64,000 nucleotides of DNA from Patescibacteria group bacterium (lineage in GTDB: Bacteria > Patescibacteriota > Minisyncoccia > UBA6257 > Colwellbacteraceae), in NCBI GenBank assembly GCA_023380475.1, contig JAMCRD010000006.1, positions 2,546 to 66,545 of the forward strand, written 5' to 3'. Positions within the stretch are counted from its first letter, which is position 1. The number at the start of each line of letters is the position of its first letter. Under the pieces are notes generated by a model. The model saw nothing but the letters and a program-made list of their open reading frames with translations, was not told where the DNA came from and did not search any database. Shown one piece after another: positions 20,675-28,747 of the stretch. A program made the translations under genes and the position numbers.

Positions 20675-21900
20675 AGCTTTGAAACTTCTTTATCCACGCC
20701 TTTCACGCCTCTTAGACCATTAACAACCAGCCCGGCCAAAATCGCCATATCCTTTTCGCGCATACCCCTAGCAGTTACGGTCGGTGTGCCAATCCTCAAA
20801 CCAGAAGGACGAAAGGCTGATTTATCCTTTGGGATAGTGTTACGGTTAGCAATTATACCCAAACCTTCAAGACGTTTCTCGGCGGTTAGTCCATCCAATC
20901 CTAGGCCAGTCACGTCGGCTAAAATCAGATGGGTATCAGTCCCACCTGAGACCAGTCTCAAGCCATCGGCCTGCAGTGCCGTGGCGAGAGCCTTAGCGTT
21001 GGACACCACTTGCTTTATGTACTTCTTGAACTCAGGCTGGCTGTCTTCAAAGAAGGCGACTGCCTTGGCAGCGATGGCGTTATCGTGCGGCCCGCCCTGC
21101 AGGCCGGGGAAAACGGCCTGATCTATTTTGTCACCGAGATTGTATCTGCAAAACAGTACTGCTCCCCGTGGACCGCGCAGTGTCTTGTGAGTGGTGGTCA
21201 TGACGACATCAGCATAAGGGAAAGGTGAAGGATGCTCGCCGGTAGCCACCAAGCCAGCTATATGTGATATATCAGCCAAGTGATAGGCACCTATCCTTTT
21301 AGCAATAACACCTATGCGCTTGAAATCTATCTTCCGCGGATAAGCTGTGAAACCGGAGATTATAATTTTGGGTTTCTTCTCCACGGCTATCTTTTCTAGG
21401 GCATCGTAGTTAATGCGCTCTGTCTTTGGATCAATGGTGTAGTGTTCCGCTTTCCAGAACATGCCCGAAGCCGAGACGCTGTGGCCGTGAGTCAAATGGC
21501 CGCCGGACGACAGGCCAAGCCCCAAAAGAGTGTCGCCTGGATTCAGCAGGGCGGTGTATACAGCCAAGTTAGCCGGAGAACCGGAATAAGGCTGGACATT
21601 GACATGCCAGTTCTTAGGGTTCAATCTGAACAGCTTAATCGCCCGGTCCTGAGTCAGTTTTTCAAGCTTATCCACGTAGACATTCCCGGGATAGTAACGC
21701 CTGCCCGGATATCCTTCGGAATATTTATTGACAAACACGCTAGCCAAAGCTTTTCTCACAGCCGGCGACGCTATGTTCTCGGAAGCGATGAGGTCTATCG
21801 TGTCCTCTTGTCGCCTTGTCTCAAGCTCAGTCAGATGCCTTATCTCCCCGTCTTCCTTCATTACATGTTTAGTGTACGGCCAACCTCCTCCGACGAGCAA
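20635..21900 (-). CDS. glyA: serine hydroxymethyltransferase
   Basis: LIASENIASPAVRKAL, YSEGYPGRRYY, PLP-lysine TTTHKTLRGPRG; start may be internal Met at 21861; 40-nt overlap with folD start. Confidence 0.9.
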   Translation of the reverse strand: MLVGGGWPYTKHVMKEDGEIRHLTELETRRQEDTIDLIASENIASPAVRKALASVFVNKYSEGYPGRRYYPGNVYVDKLEKLTQDRAIKLFRLNPKNWHVNVQPYSGSPANLAVYTALLNPGDTLLGLGLSSGGHLTHGHSVSASGMFWKAEHYTIDPKTERINYDALEKIAVEKKPKIIISGFTAYPRKIDFKRIGVIAKRIGAYHLADISHIAGLVATGEHPSPFPYADVVMTTTHKTLRGPRGAVLFCRYNLGDKIDQAVFPGLQGGPHDNAIAAKAVAFFEDSQPEFKKYIKQVVSNAKALATALQADGLRLVSGGTDTHLILADVTGLGLDGLTAEKRLEGLGIIANRNTIPKDKSAFRPSGLRIGTPTVTARGMREKDMAILAGLVVNGLRGVKGVDKEVSKLCRKFPVKRLLRS

Positions 21901-21920
21901 ACTAGTCGGGGTAGGAGCTA

Positions 21921-22595
21921 TTACCCGTTGGCCGGAAGGTGTATAGCGTTATCGGCTGTGAATTCACCCACTCTTGATCGCTCCAAATCAGCGAGGTAGG
22001 CGCCTGTGCCCAAACGCCGGCCAAGATCTCTAGCTAGAGCACGAATATAAGCGCCGGGACCCGTCACAATCCTTAAGGTAACGTACGGCCACGCATAGCT
22101 GATAACATCTATTTTCTTTATTTCTATTTGGCGAGGTTTTATTTCAAATTTCTCGCCACGGCGGGCACGTCTATAGGCCGCTTGGCCGTGTATTTTCACA
22201 GCGCTGACTTGAGGAGGAGTTTGTTGGATCACGCCGACAAACGAGGACAAAGCTTTGGTTACCGTATCCGTACTAGGCCGTAGATCCGGGCCTACTGCTT
22301 TCTTTGTCCCTTCCTCGTCATCAGTTGTACTTTCATAGCCCAATTTTACCTTGGCCAAGTACTCTTTCTCCTCGGCTACAGCCTTAGATAGGCTCTTGGT
22401 GGATTGGGACCCTATGCCAACAACCAGAATACCCGAAGCGAGAGGGTCAAGTGTGCCAGCGTGGCCGACGCGGCTAACGCCGGTAAGCCTGCGGATCTGA
22501 TTCAAAAAGATATGGGAGGTTGGTCCCTTTGGTTTCCAAAATGCGAATATGCCACCGGCGCGAAGTCGGTCTATGTCTATCGCCAGATGATTCAT
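21921..22595 (-). CDS. truB: tRNA pseudouridine(55) synthase TruB (short form, no PUA)
   Basis: 224 aa; catalytic motif GHAGTLDPLASGILVVGIG. Confidence 0.85.
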   Translation of the reverse strand: MNHLAIDIDRLRAGGIFAFWKPKGPTSHIFLNQIRRLTGVSRVGHAGTLDPLASGILVVGIGSQSTKSLSKAVAEEKEYLAKVKLGYESTTDDEEGTKKAVGPDLRPSTDTVTKALSSFVGVIQQTPPQVSAVKIHGQAAYRRARRGEKFEIKPRQIEIKKIDVISYAWPYVTLRIVTGPGAYIRALARDLGRRLGTGAYLADLERSRVGEFTADNAIHLPANG

Positions 22596-22598
22596 ATA

Positions 22599-22814
22599 TC
22601 ACTGATTGGTTGAAGAACTGATCGGCGGACCGCCAAGCTCGTTCAGCTGCTGCAATTCGTTGGTTGTCTTCTGATTATTCTCGATACGCTTGATCAGCGA
22701 GAGATAAAGGACGAAATACCAAACCAGGAAGCCGAGGATTAGAATGACTGCACTAGCTAACACAATGGATAGTATCCGCCTCCAATTTATCTCCCAAGAG
22801 AAAAATTTTCTCAT
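22599..22814 (-). CDS. small membrane protein, possibly FtsB/DivIC-like
   Basis: 71 aa; one TM then short coiled coil; FtsB/DivIC assignment is a guess from architecture only. Confidence 0.3.
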   Translation of the reverse strand: MRKFFSWEINWRRILSIVLASAVILILGFLVWYFVLYLSLIKRIENNQKTTNELQQLNELGGPPISSSTNQ

Positions 22815-22918
22815 CGCTTTTTAAGCCCTGTCTGGCTTAATTTAAAATATCAGCCATTCAGGTGTACCTCAACTAAGTATACTCTAAATACGTCGGCAAG
22901 AGCGCCGCACTAAGTATC

Positions 22919-23401
22919 TTACCGTCCAATTTTATTAAGGATAGTCCTTGCTGTCTCTTCCGGACTCTGCCTCGAGTTATCGATAACTTCACCGAAATCG
23001 GGCTTATTAAGCCCGATTTTATAGTGGTATTCGACCCTTTTCCGCTCGTCCTCCCTCAACTCTCTGCCACCGCGGTTCTTCAGAGCTTCACTAAGTTTTG
23101 GCGCTAAGGTAAAAGTATATACCGCTGCACCCAAATCTCCGATGTTGCTCATAATGTAATCGTAATTATTCCGGGACAATGGGTAAGGAACAATCACCTC
23201 GAGCCCCCTCAGCGAGAAATTTCTTATAAGAGAGACTGCATTCTCCAAGTTTAGCGGCACAGCTAGGTCTATAGGCATCCACCCCACCATTTCCCGGAGG
23301 GCATCTACTTCCAATAGTGCAGCGTTAGGCAGTTTTTGAGCCAAAATCTTGGCCACCGTGCTCTTGCCAGTGTTAATAGGACCACTGATGAGGATAATCA
23401 T
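22919..23401 (-). CDS. P-loop NTPase/kinase-like protein
   Basis: 160 aa; Walker A ISGPINTGKST at N-terminus, small nucleotide-kinase-like size. Confidence 0.5.
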   Translation of the reverse strand: MIILISGPINTGKSTVAKILAQKLPNAALLEVDALREMVGWMPIDLAVPLNLENAVSLIRNFSLRGLEVIVPYPLSRNNYDYIMSNIGDLGAAVYTFTLAPKLSEALKNRGGRELREDERKRVEYHYKIGLNKPDFGEVIDNSRQSPEETARTILNKIGR

Positions 23402-23425
23402 TTTACACGGGAAGTTAGATCATAT

Positions 23426-23500
23426 TGGGGTGTCCAGAGGGAATCGAACCCTCATAGCCGCCTCCACAGGGCGGAGCTTTACCATTAAGCTATGGACACC
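23426..23500 (-). tRNA. tRNA-His(GTG)
   Basis: Minus-strand cloverleaf with encoded G-1 pairing to discriminator C73, anticodon loop CTGTGGA, T loop GGTTCGATTCC, CCA encoded. Confidence 0.8.
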
Positions 23501-23595
23501 ATCCGGAAAGGAGCTTACGCTTACTGCCCGCAAGCGGTCAATCCAGCTTCAAACCAATAATATCTGCACGTAAATAATATATAATTAGTTAACCT

Positions 23596-24231
23596 ATGAA
23601 AATACTTTCCACGACTTCTCTATCTATCCCAGACGTCAAAACAATCAAGTTCGAGCGCTTTATTGACGGTAGGGGGTTCTTCACCGAGCCATATAGAAAA
23701 AGTGACTTTGATAGCGACCTCGACCTCAAATTGTTTGGAGCCACCGGATTTGTACAGATGAATGAGAGTTTTTCCAATAAAAATGTGTGTCGTGGATTAC
23801 ACTTTCAGTGGAATCCGTTCATGGGAAAATTAGTACGCACGCTTTACGGACATATGATTGATATAATTCTAGACATAAGGAAAAACTCACCGACATTCGG
23901 CAAGGTCATTGCCTACGATATGCCGACAAGCACATCCGACACATCCAACGAATGGATCTGGGTTCCTCCAGGGTTTGCTCACGGCAACTATTTTGTAGAA
24001 AGTTCCAGAATAGAATATTTATGTTCCGGCGAGTACAGTCCCAACTGCGAGGCGGTTATTTCTCCCCTGTCTAAAGATCTTGATCTATCTTTATGCACCG
24101 ACGAAGCAAAGAGCTTACTGCAAGGAGCTATCCCATTGGCCATAATGAGCGATAAAGACAAAGGAGGTTTATCGCTGACTGAATGGGTAAGAGATCAGCG
24201 CTCTGATAATTTCATTTACGGTCGTTGCTAA
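23596..24231 (+). CDS. rmlC: dTDP-4-dehydrorhamnose 3,5-epimerase (RmlC-like cupin)
   Basis: FIDGRGFFTE, RGLHFQ, KLVRTLYGHMIDIILDIRKNSPTFGKV, PPGFAHG motifs; about 30-aa C-terminal extension. Confidence 0.8.
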   Translation: MKILSTTSLSIPDVKTIKFERFIDGRGFFTEPYRKSDFDSDLDLKLFGATGFVQMNESFSNKNVCRGLHFQWNPFMGKLVRTLYGHMIDIILDIRKNSPTFGKVIAYDMPTSTSDTSNEWIWVPPGFAHGNYFVESSRIEYLCSGEYSPNCEAVISPLSKDLDLSLCTDEAKSLLQGAIPLAIMSDKDKGGLSLTEWVRDQRSDNFIYGRC

Positions 24232-24246
24232 AACTTATTACAAGCA

Positions 24247-24975
24247 ATGGAAAAAACGAAACAGAAAAATATATTGTTCACTGGAGGCAACGGCCTTTTG
24301 GGCAGCGAGTTCCATAAAATACTACCCCATGCTTTATATCCGAGTAGAAAAGAGTTTGATGTCTCGAACATAAAACAAATGAGCAAATACTTAGGAAGCA
24401 AAGCGGTTAAAACAATAATCCACGCTGCTGCATTTACATCGCCGCCAAAAGTAGAAGCAGATCCAGAAGAGGCTATCACCACAAACATCTTGGGAACAGC
24501 GAACGTGGTGAGGCTTTGTCTGAAACGCAAGATAAAATTGGTCTATATTTCAACGGACTACGTTTTCAAGGGAGATAAAGGAAATTACAAGGAGGTAGAT
24601 CCTGTTTATCCGGTAAACAAGTATGCTTGGTCTAAATTGGGAGGCGAATGCGCTGTAAGAATGTACGACAACTCTGTAATAATCCGGACCACCTTCGGCC
24701 CAAACGTATTTCCTTACGAGAAAGCTTTTGCAGATCAGTGGACGAGCAGAGAATCCGTATCGGTTATCGCTGGCATGATACTTAAGGTAGTCAAATCCGG
24801 TTATACCGGCATAATTCACGTCGGCGGTAAAAGAAAAACCGTATATGATTATGCCAAGAGATTAAGTCCAGAGAAACACATAGGTAAACTTTATATAAGA
24901 GAAGTTTCGTTCTCTGTGCCAGCCGACACATCTTTGGATACAAAACTTTTTAGAAACGTTATCCATGATCGATAA
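24247..24975 (+). CDS. dTDP-4-dehydrorhamnose reductase-like (RmlD-like SDR)
   Basis: 242 aa; Rossmann GGNGLLGS, short RmlD-like SDR without extended substrate domain. Confidence 0.55.
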   Translation: MEKTKQKNILFTGGNGLLGSEFHKILPHALYPSRKEFDVSNIKQMSKYLGSKAVKTIIHAAAFTSPPKVEADPEEAITTNILGTANVVRLCLKRKIKLVYISTDYVFKGDKGNYKEVDPVYPVNKYAWSKLGGECAVRMYDNSVIIRTTFGPNVFPYEKAFADQWTSRESVSVIAGMILKVVKSGYTGIIHVGGKRKTVYDYAKRLSPEKHIGKLYIREVSFSVPADTSLDTKLFRNVIHDR

Positions 24976-25954
24976 GCTAAGAATTATGGTTGGAGGTGGC
25001 GCTGGGTATATAGGAAGCATATTAGTCCCGGAGCTATTGAGGCTGGGTCACAAAGTGACAGTTGTGGATTTGCTATGGTTCGGCAACCACTTACCTTCCG
25101 ATACTAAGATCATACAAAAGGATCTGTTCCATCTAGAAAAATCAGATCTAACCAATATAGATATATTTATATTCTTAGCCGGCCTTTCTAACGATCCAAT
25201 GGCAGAATTCAGCCCAGCTAAGAATTTCATATACAATGCGGCGCTACCAGCTTACTTAGCTTTTATAGCCAAACAGGCGGGGGTTAAACGTTACATATAC
25301 GCTTCATCGTGCTCTGTTTATGGTTACACTGATAACAGTTTATATGACGAAACTGCGCCAACCATATCCAGTTATCCCTACGGCATATCGAAGCTGCAAG
25401 GAGAAAAGGGGGTGTTTCAACTACAAGACAAGGACTTTTCTGTAATAGCCCTCAGACAAGGAACTGTAGGTGGCTATAGCCCTAGGATGCGTTTTGATCT
25501 GATAGTTAACACAATGTTTAAGACTGCTATAAAAGACGGGAAGATAACGATAAACAATCCCGCGATATGGAGACCGCTCTGCGACGTAAGAGACACGGCC
25601 GCAGCTTACGTTAAGGCGATACAACTGGATAGCCAAACTTCAGATGTCTTCAATATAGCATTGAGTAACTTCACTGTCGGTGAGATAGGAGAGGCTATTA
25701 AGAAGAAAATTGAAGAACTAACAAAAAAAAGTGTATTGATCGATGTAAAAAATGTTCAAGATTACCGCAACTATAAAGTATCTACAGACAAAGCTGCAAC
25801 AAAACTCGGATTCAAGGCGTCATTCTCAATAGCTGACACTATAGAGGAATTGTTTAGGCACATTGATCAATACCAAGATTTCGAAAAAGACGAGTTTTAC
25901 AACATACGTACCTTTAAGAAGATAGAGGGCGGGGGAGAACGCCAATACATCTAA
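24965..25954 (+). CDS. NAD-dependent epimerase/dehydratase
   Basis: 329 aa; GGGAGYIGS Rossmann, YxxxK (YGISK) catalytic motif. Confidence 0.7.
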   Translation: MIDKLRIMVGGGAGYIGSILVPELLRLGHKVTVVDLLWFGNHLPSDTKIIQKDLFHLEKSDLTNIDIFIFLAGLSNDPMAEFSPAKNFIYNAALPAYLAFIAKQAGVKRYIYASSCSVYGYTDNSLYDETAPTISSYPYGISKLQGEKGVFQLQDKDFSVIALRQGTVGGYSPRMRFDLIVNTMFKTAIKDGKITINNPAIWRPLCDVRDTAAAYVKAIQLDSQTSDVFNIALSNFTVGEIGEAIKKKIEELTKKSVLIDVKNVQDYRNYKVSTDKAATKLGFKASFSIADTIEELFRHIDQYQDFEKDEFYNIRTFKKIEGGGERQYI

Positions 25955-25987
25955 ATAGGCACCATACTAATCTCTTGTATGGTGCCG

Positions 25988-26062
25988 CGGGAGGGAATCG
26001 GACCCCCGACGCCAGCCTCTTCAGGGCTGCGCTCTACCACTGAGCTACCGCGGCGATAACAA
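25988..26062 (-). tRNA. tRNA-Phe(GAA)
   Basis: Minus strand: acceptor GCCGCGG/CCGCGGC, D arm GCTCAGTGGTAGAGC, anticodon loop CTGAAGA, CCA encoded. Confidence 0.8.
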
Positions 26063-26130
26063 AGACATGCTACACAAGATCAATCCATTCTTCAATGAAG
26101 GAGAGCAGATTGCTACATAGACAATAACTA

Positions 26131-27687
26131 TTATAGACTTGTAAAGTTCAACGGACTGCCCCCGTAGTTCAATGGATAGAACAGATCCGTCCTAAGGATA
26201 AAATAGGAGTTCGATTCTCTTCGGGGGCACCAAGTGAGAAATTGCAAATCCCCAGAAGTCGCCGCAGACGGCTGGGCGGCCAGTTCGTATTGTAATTTCG
26301 GGGCAAACGAGAATTCGCGGTTTCGCAAAATATGGTTCGAGCCGATGTTTTTGAGAAATGTTGTCATTGCAATTCCGTTATTCTCTTGAAGCAGTTTTGA
26401 GGCCTGATTGAGTGATAGAACGAACTCTCTCGCTGGTTCGAGCCACGACAGCCCTTTGTCCGCGAAATCGGATATTTTCTCCTGCAATCCGATTTTCCGA
26501 GAAAGCAGCTGTTCCTTCTTCGCGGCGTATTCGGTCTGGAACAGGGCGTCGGCAAGATAGGCATCGAGGAGTTTGGACAGCTTCGCCTCCACGCGGGCAA
26601 CTTCGTTTTTCAGAGTATCAATCTGCGCTCGCGCCTCCTCCCTTGCCTTGTCCCGTTCCGCCTCTAAGAGAGCTAACGCTTTCTCGGTATCATCGTCCGA
26701 CAAAGAAATTTTTTGCAGGAACGATTGTATATGCTCCGTCACTATCTCCTCGCGGAGATAGTGCTTTTCTTGGCACACGCCGCCTTTCTTTGTGCAACGA
26801 TAATAAGCATGGCCTTTCTGCATTTCGGCGGTGATGGAGCTTCCGCACGAGGCGCATTTCATAAGGCCGAGAAAAGCGAAATCATGCCGCTTCGTCTCAA
26901 TCGTCTTGCCGCGCTTTGCGCGCACCTCTTGGCAGAGGTCAAAAAGTTTCTTCGGGACAAGAGGTTCGTGGCGTCCCTCGTACAGTTCTCCGCGATACCG
27001 CATAAGGCCGTAATAGAAGGGGTTGGTTAAAATCTTCTGGATATTGCTAAGCGCAATCTCCTTGCCGAGGTTGCCTTTCAATCCTTGCTCTCGGCACCAA
27101 TCTACGAGGTCATGGAGCGTATAGCTTCCTATGGCGTAAAGCGCGAACAGCTTGCGGACAAGCGGGGCTTTCACGGGGTCAACATCAATCCCTCGCGTCC
27201 TCGGGTTGTTCAAGTAGCCAATCGGTGCCCAGCTCGGCCATACGCCGTTCCGTATCTTCTGCCGCAAGCCACGCTTTACGTTCTCCCGCAGGTTGTCCAC
27301 GAAGTATTTTGACTGCCCGAAGGCAATGTTGAGCATAAAGAGGCCTTGTGGTGTCGGCTCAAACCAGAACGTAGGGAACTTGAGGGACTTAATCAGGCCT
27401 CGGTCAATCATGTGGATGACCCGCCCGCCGTCCACGGAATTGCGGGCGAGGCGATCTGGGTGCCACGAGAGGATGCCCTGTGCCTTGCCGCGTTCCACGA
27501 ATGACAACATTTCAGCGAACTTAATACGGCCGGGTTCTTTGGCGGTCTTTGCCTCCTCAAAGGAAGCGACAATTTCAAGTTTTTCTTTGGCGGCAAATTC
27601 CCGAAGCTCCACCAGTTGAGCTTCTATGGACAGCACCTGCCCGTCGTCTTCTTCCGTTGATTTGCGAGCGTAGATTATGTATTTCAT
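26131..27687 (-). CDS. large serine recombinase (resolvase catalytic domain, recombinase domain, zinc ribbon, coiled coil)
   Basis: N-terminal YARKST..Q catalytic serine motif and ILSWHPDRLARN; CASCGS...CTKKGGVC zinc ribbon; coiled-coil region; last 28 codons are antisense of tRNA-Arg, so true stop is likely upstream. Confidence 0.85.
   Translation of the reverse strand: MKYIIYARKSTEEDDGQVLSIEAQLVELREFAAKEKLEIVASFEEAKTAKEPGRIKFAEMLSFVERGKAQGILSWHPDRLARNSVDGGRVIHMIDRGLIKSLKFPTFWFEPTPQGLFMLNIAFGQSKYFVDNLRENVKRGLRQKIRNGVWPSWAPIGYLNNPRTRGIDVDPVKAPLVRKLFALYAIGSYTLHDLVDWCREQGLKGNLGKEIALSNIQKILTNPFYYGLMRYRGELYEGRHEPLVPKKLFDLCQEVRAKRGKTIETKRHDFAFLGLMKCASCGSSITAEMQKGHAYYRCTKKGGVCQEKHYLREEIVTEHIQSFLQKISLSDDDTEKALALLEAERDKAREEARAQIDTLKNEVARVEAKLSKLLDAYLADALFQTEYAAKKEQLLSRKIGLQEKISDFADKGLSWLEPAREFVLSLNQASKLLQENNGIAMTTFLKNIGSNHILRNREFSFAPKLQYELAAQPSAATSGDLQFLTWCPRRESNSYFILRTDLFYPLNYGGSPLNFTSL
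26148..26222 (+). tRNA. tRNA-Arg(CCT)
   Basis: Acceptor GCCCCCG/CGGGGGC, anticodon loop GTCCTAA (stem has one G-A mismatch), T loop AGTTCGATTCT, CCA encoded; its last 6 nt (GCACCA) begin repeat X. Confidence 0.65.
26217..26315. repeat. inverted repeat X (99 bp), left copy
   Basis: Exact reverse complement of 27714-27812; spans tRNA-Arg 3' end and encodes residues RNREF...LTWC of recombinase ORF. Confidence 0.9.
26316..26339. repeat. inverted repeat Y (24 bp), left copy
   Basis: Exact reverse complement of 27923-27946; contiguous with X on the left, but separated from X' by Z on the right. Confidence 0.8.
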
Positions 27688-27691
27688 CGTG

Positions 27692-27711
27692 TTAAAAATT
27701 TTCTTTTCCCA
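27692..27711. repeat. 20-bp inverted repeat, left copy (ttaaaaattttcttttccca)
   Basis: Exact reverse complement of 27947-27966; forms the leader 4 nt upstream of the recombinase start codon. Confidence 0.85.
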
Positions 27712-27713
27712 GT

Positions 27714-27812
27714 CGAAACCGCGAATTCTCGTTTGCCCCGAAATTACAATACGAACTGGCCGCCCAGCCGTCTGCGGCGACTTCTGGGGATTTGCAATTT
27801 CTCACTTGGTGC
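27714..27812. repeat. inverted repeat X' (99 bp), right copy
   Basis: Exact reverse complement of 26217-26315; in-frame on + strand it re-encodes the same 33-aa peptide. Confidence 0.9.
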
Positions 27813-27897
27813 AGGACAATTGAGATAGCTCGAACGGTTTTTGACACCCCCACCGAGGCTAAATCTGAAACGCCCGACGTGGCGGAGCCGCACCGAT
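27809..27897. repeat. inverted repeat Z (89 bp)
   Basis: Reverse complement of 28659-28747 with one mismatch; overlaps X' by 4 nt (GTGC). Confidence 0.85.
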
Positions 27898-27922
27898 AAA
27901 GACCGCCAAAGAACCCGTTCCT

Positions 27923-27946
27923 AACATCGGCTCGAACCATATTTTG
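27923..27946. repeat. inverted repeat Y' (24 bp)
   Basis: Exact reverse complement of 26316-26339. Confidence 0.8.
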
Positions 27947-27966
27947 TGGGAAAAGAAAATTTTTAA
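27947..27966. repeat. 20-bp inverted repeat, right copy (tgggaaaagaaaatttttaa)
   Basis: Forms the leader 4 nt upstream of ATG 27971 of the small AT-rich gene; identical to the recombinase leader. Confidence 0.85.
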
Positions 27967-27970
27967 TCAT

Positions 27971-28141
27971 ATGAAAAAAGCATTATTAATTATTTGTGAG
28001 TTTATAGCGACGGTAGTTATTTTCTTATTGATTTATAAATTTTTTAATTTATCAACAGCTTTACCAATATGGATTGTAATCGTCATCATTTTGATAAAAA
28101 CGACAATTAGCCACGACGGTAAAGACAAAGACGGGGCATAG
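27971..28141 (+). CDS. small two-TM membrane protein (56 aa)
   Basis: ATG at 27971 (track ORF begins at a TTG inside Y'); very AT-rich coding sequence unlike the surrounding genome. Confidence 0.4.
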   Translation: MKKALLIICEFIATVVIFLLIYKFFNLSTALPIWIVIVIILIKTTISHDGKDKDGA

Positions 28142-28203
28142 GATTTTGAATATTGGTCAATCTGTTCCGCACCAATAAAGACACAAAGAAATAATTTTTA
28201 ACC

Positions 28204-28626
28204 ATGAAAAGATTAAAAAGTTTACTAGTGGTTTGGCTAGAAATTTTGGTCGGCGGCCTGATTTTAATTTTTGTGCCAGACATCAGATGGTTTCTGTTTT
28301 ATCTTTTAGTGATTGTTCTTATGACTTCGGTTATGCGAGCGGATTATCTGCGAAAGGTCGTCAGGGTGTTCCAAGTGGAGAATGGGGTTAATCTCGCTAG
28401 CATAGCCAAGAAACTCAACATATCGGAAGCAGAGATTCAGAAGTCCAGAGATGACCTTAGCGACAGCTTGCTGGACGACCAAAGAAAATCTTTGCATAAG
28501 GATATGGAAGAGCTTGGAATTTCCAGCCCCGAACGCTTTTACAGAAATCCAGTGGACGGCCTATCAGATACCGAAAGGGGTAAGAAATTCATGGATAAAG
28601 TTTTTAAGGACTTCGGGGATAACTAA
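28204..28626 (+). CDS. membrane protein with HTH-like segment
   Basis: 140 aa; two N-terminal TM helices, then VNLASIAKKLNISEAEIQKS resembling a helix-turn-helix; AT-rich. Confidence 0.4.
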   Translation: MKRLKSLLVVWLEILVGGLILIFVPDIRWFLFYLLVIVLMTSVMRADYLRKVVRVFQVENGVNLASIAKKLNISEAEIQKSRDDLSDSLLDDQRKSLHKDMEELGISSPERFYRNPVDGLSDTERGKKFMDKVFKDFGDN

Positions 28627-28658
28627 AATTTGCCGCCAAAGAAAAACTTGAAATTGTC

Positions 28659-28747
28659 ATCGGTGCGGCTCCGCCGCGTCGGGCGTTTCAGATTTAGCCT
28701 CGGTGGGGGTGTCAAAAACCGTTCGAGCTATCTCAATTGTCCTGCAC
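28659..28747. repeat. inverted repeat Z' (89 bp)
   Basis: Reverse complement of 27809-27897 with one mismatch; begins 33 nt after stop of 28204-28626. Confidence 0.85.

Larger units (their letters stand above)
26217..28747. mobile_element. candidate recombinase-associated invertible or integrative module bounded by tRNA genes
   Basis: Serine recombinase plus AT-rich cassette within nested inverted repeats X/X', Y/Y', Z/Z' and a 20-bp IR; lies between tRNA-Phe/tRNA-Arg and tRNA-Arg/tRNA-Pro. Confidence 0.5.

Noticed and set aside
26316-26339. Possible tRNA fragment in repeat Y (contains GGTTCGAGCC)
   Set aside because: Flanking bases do not form a T-stem, so it is a coincidental resemblance.
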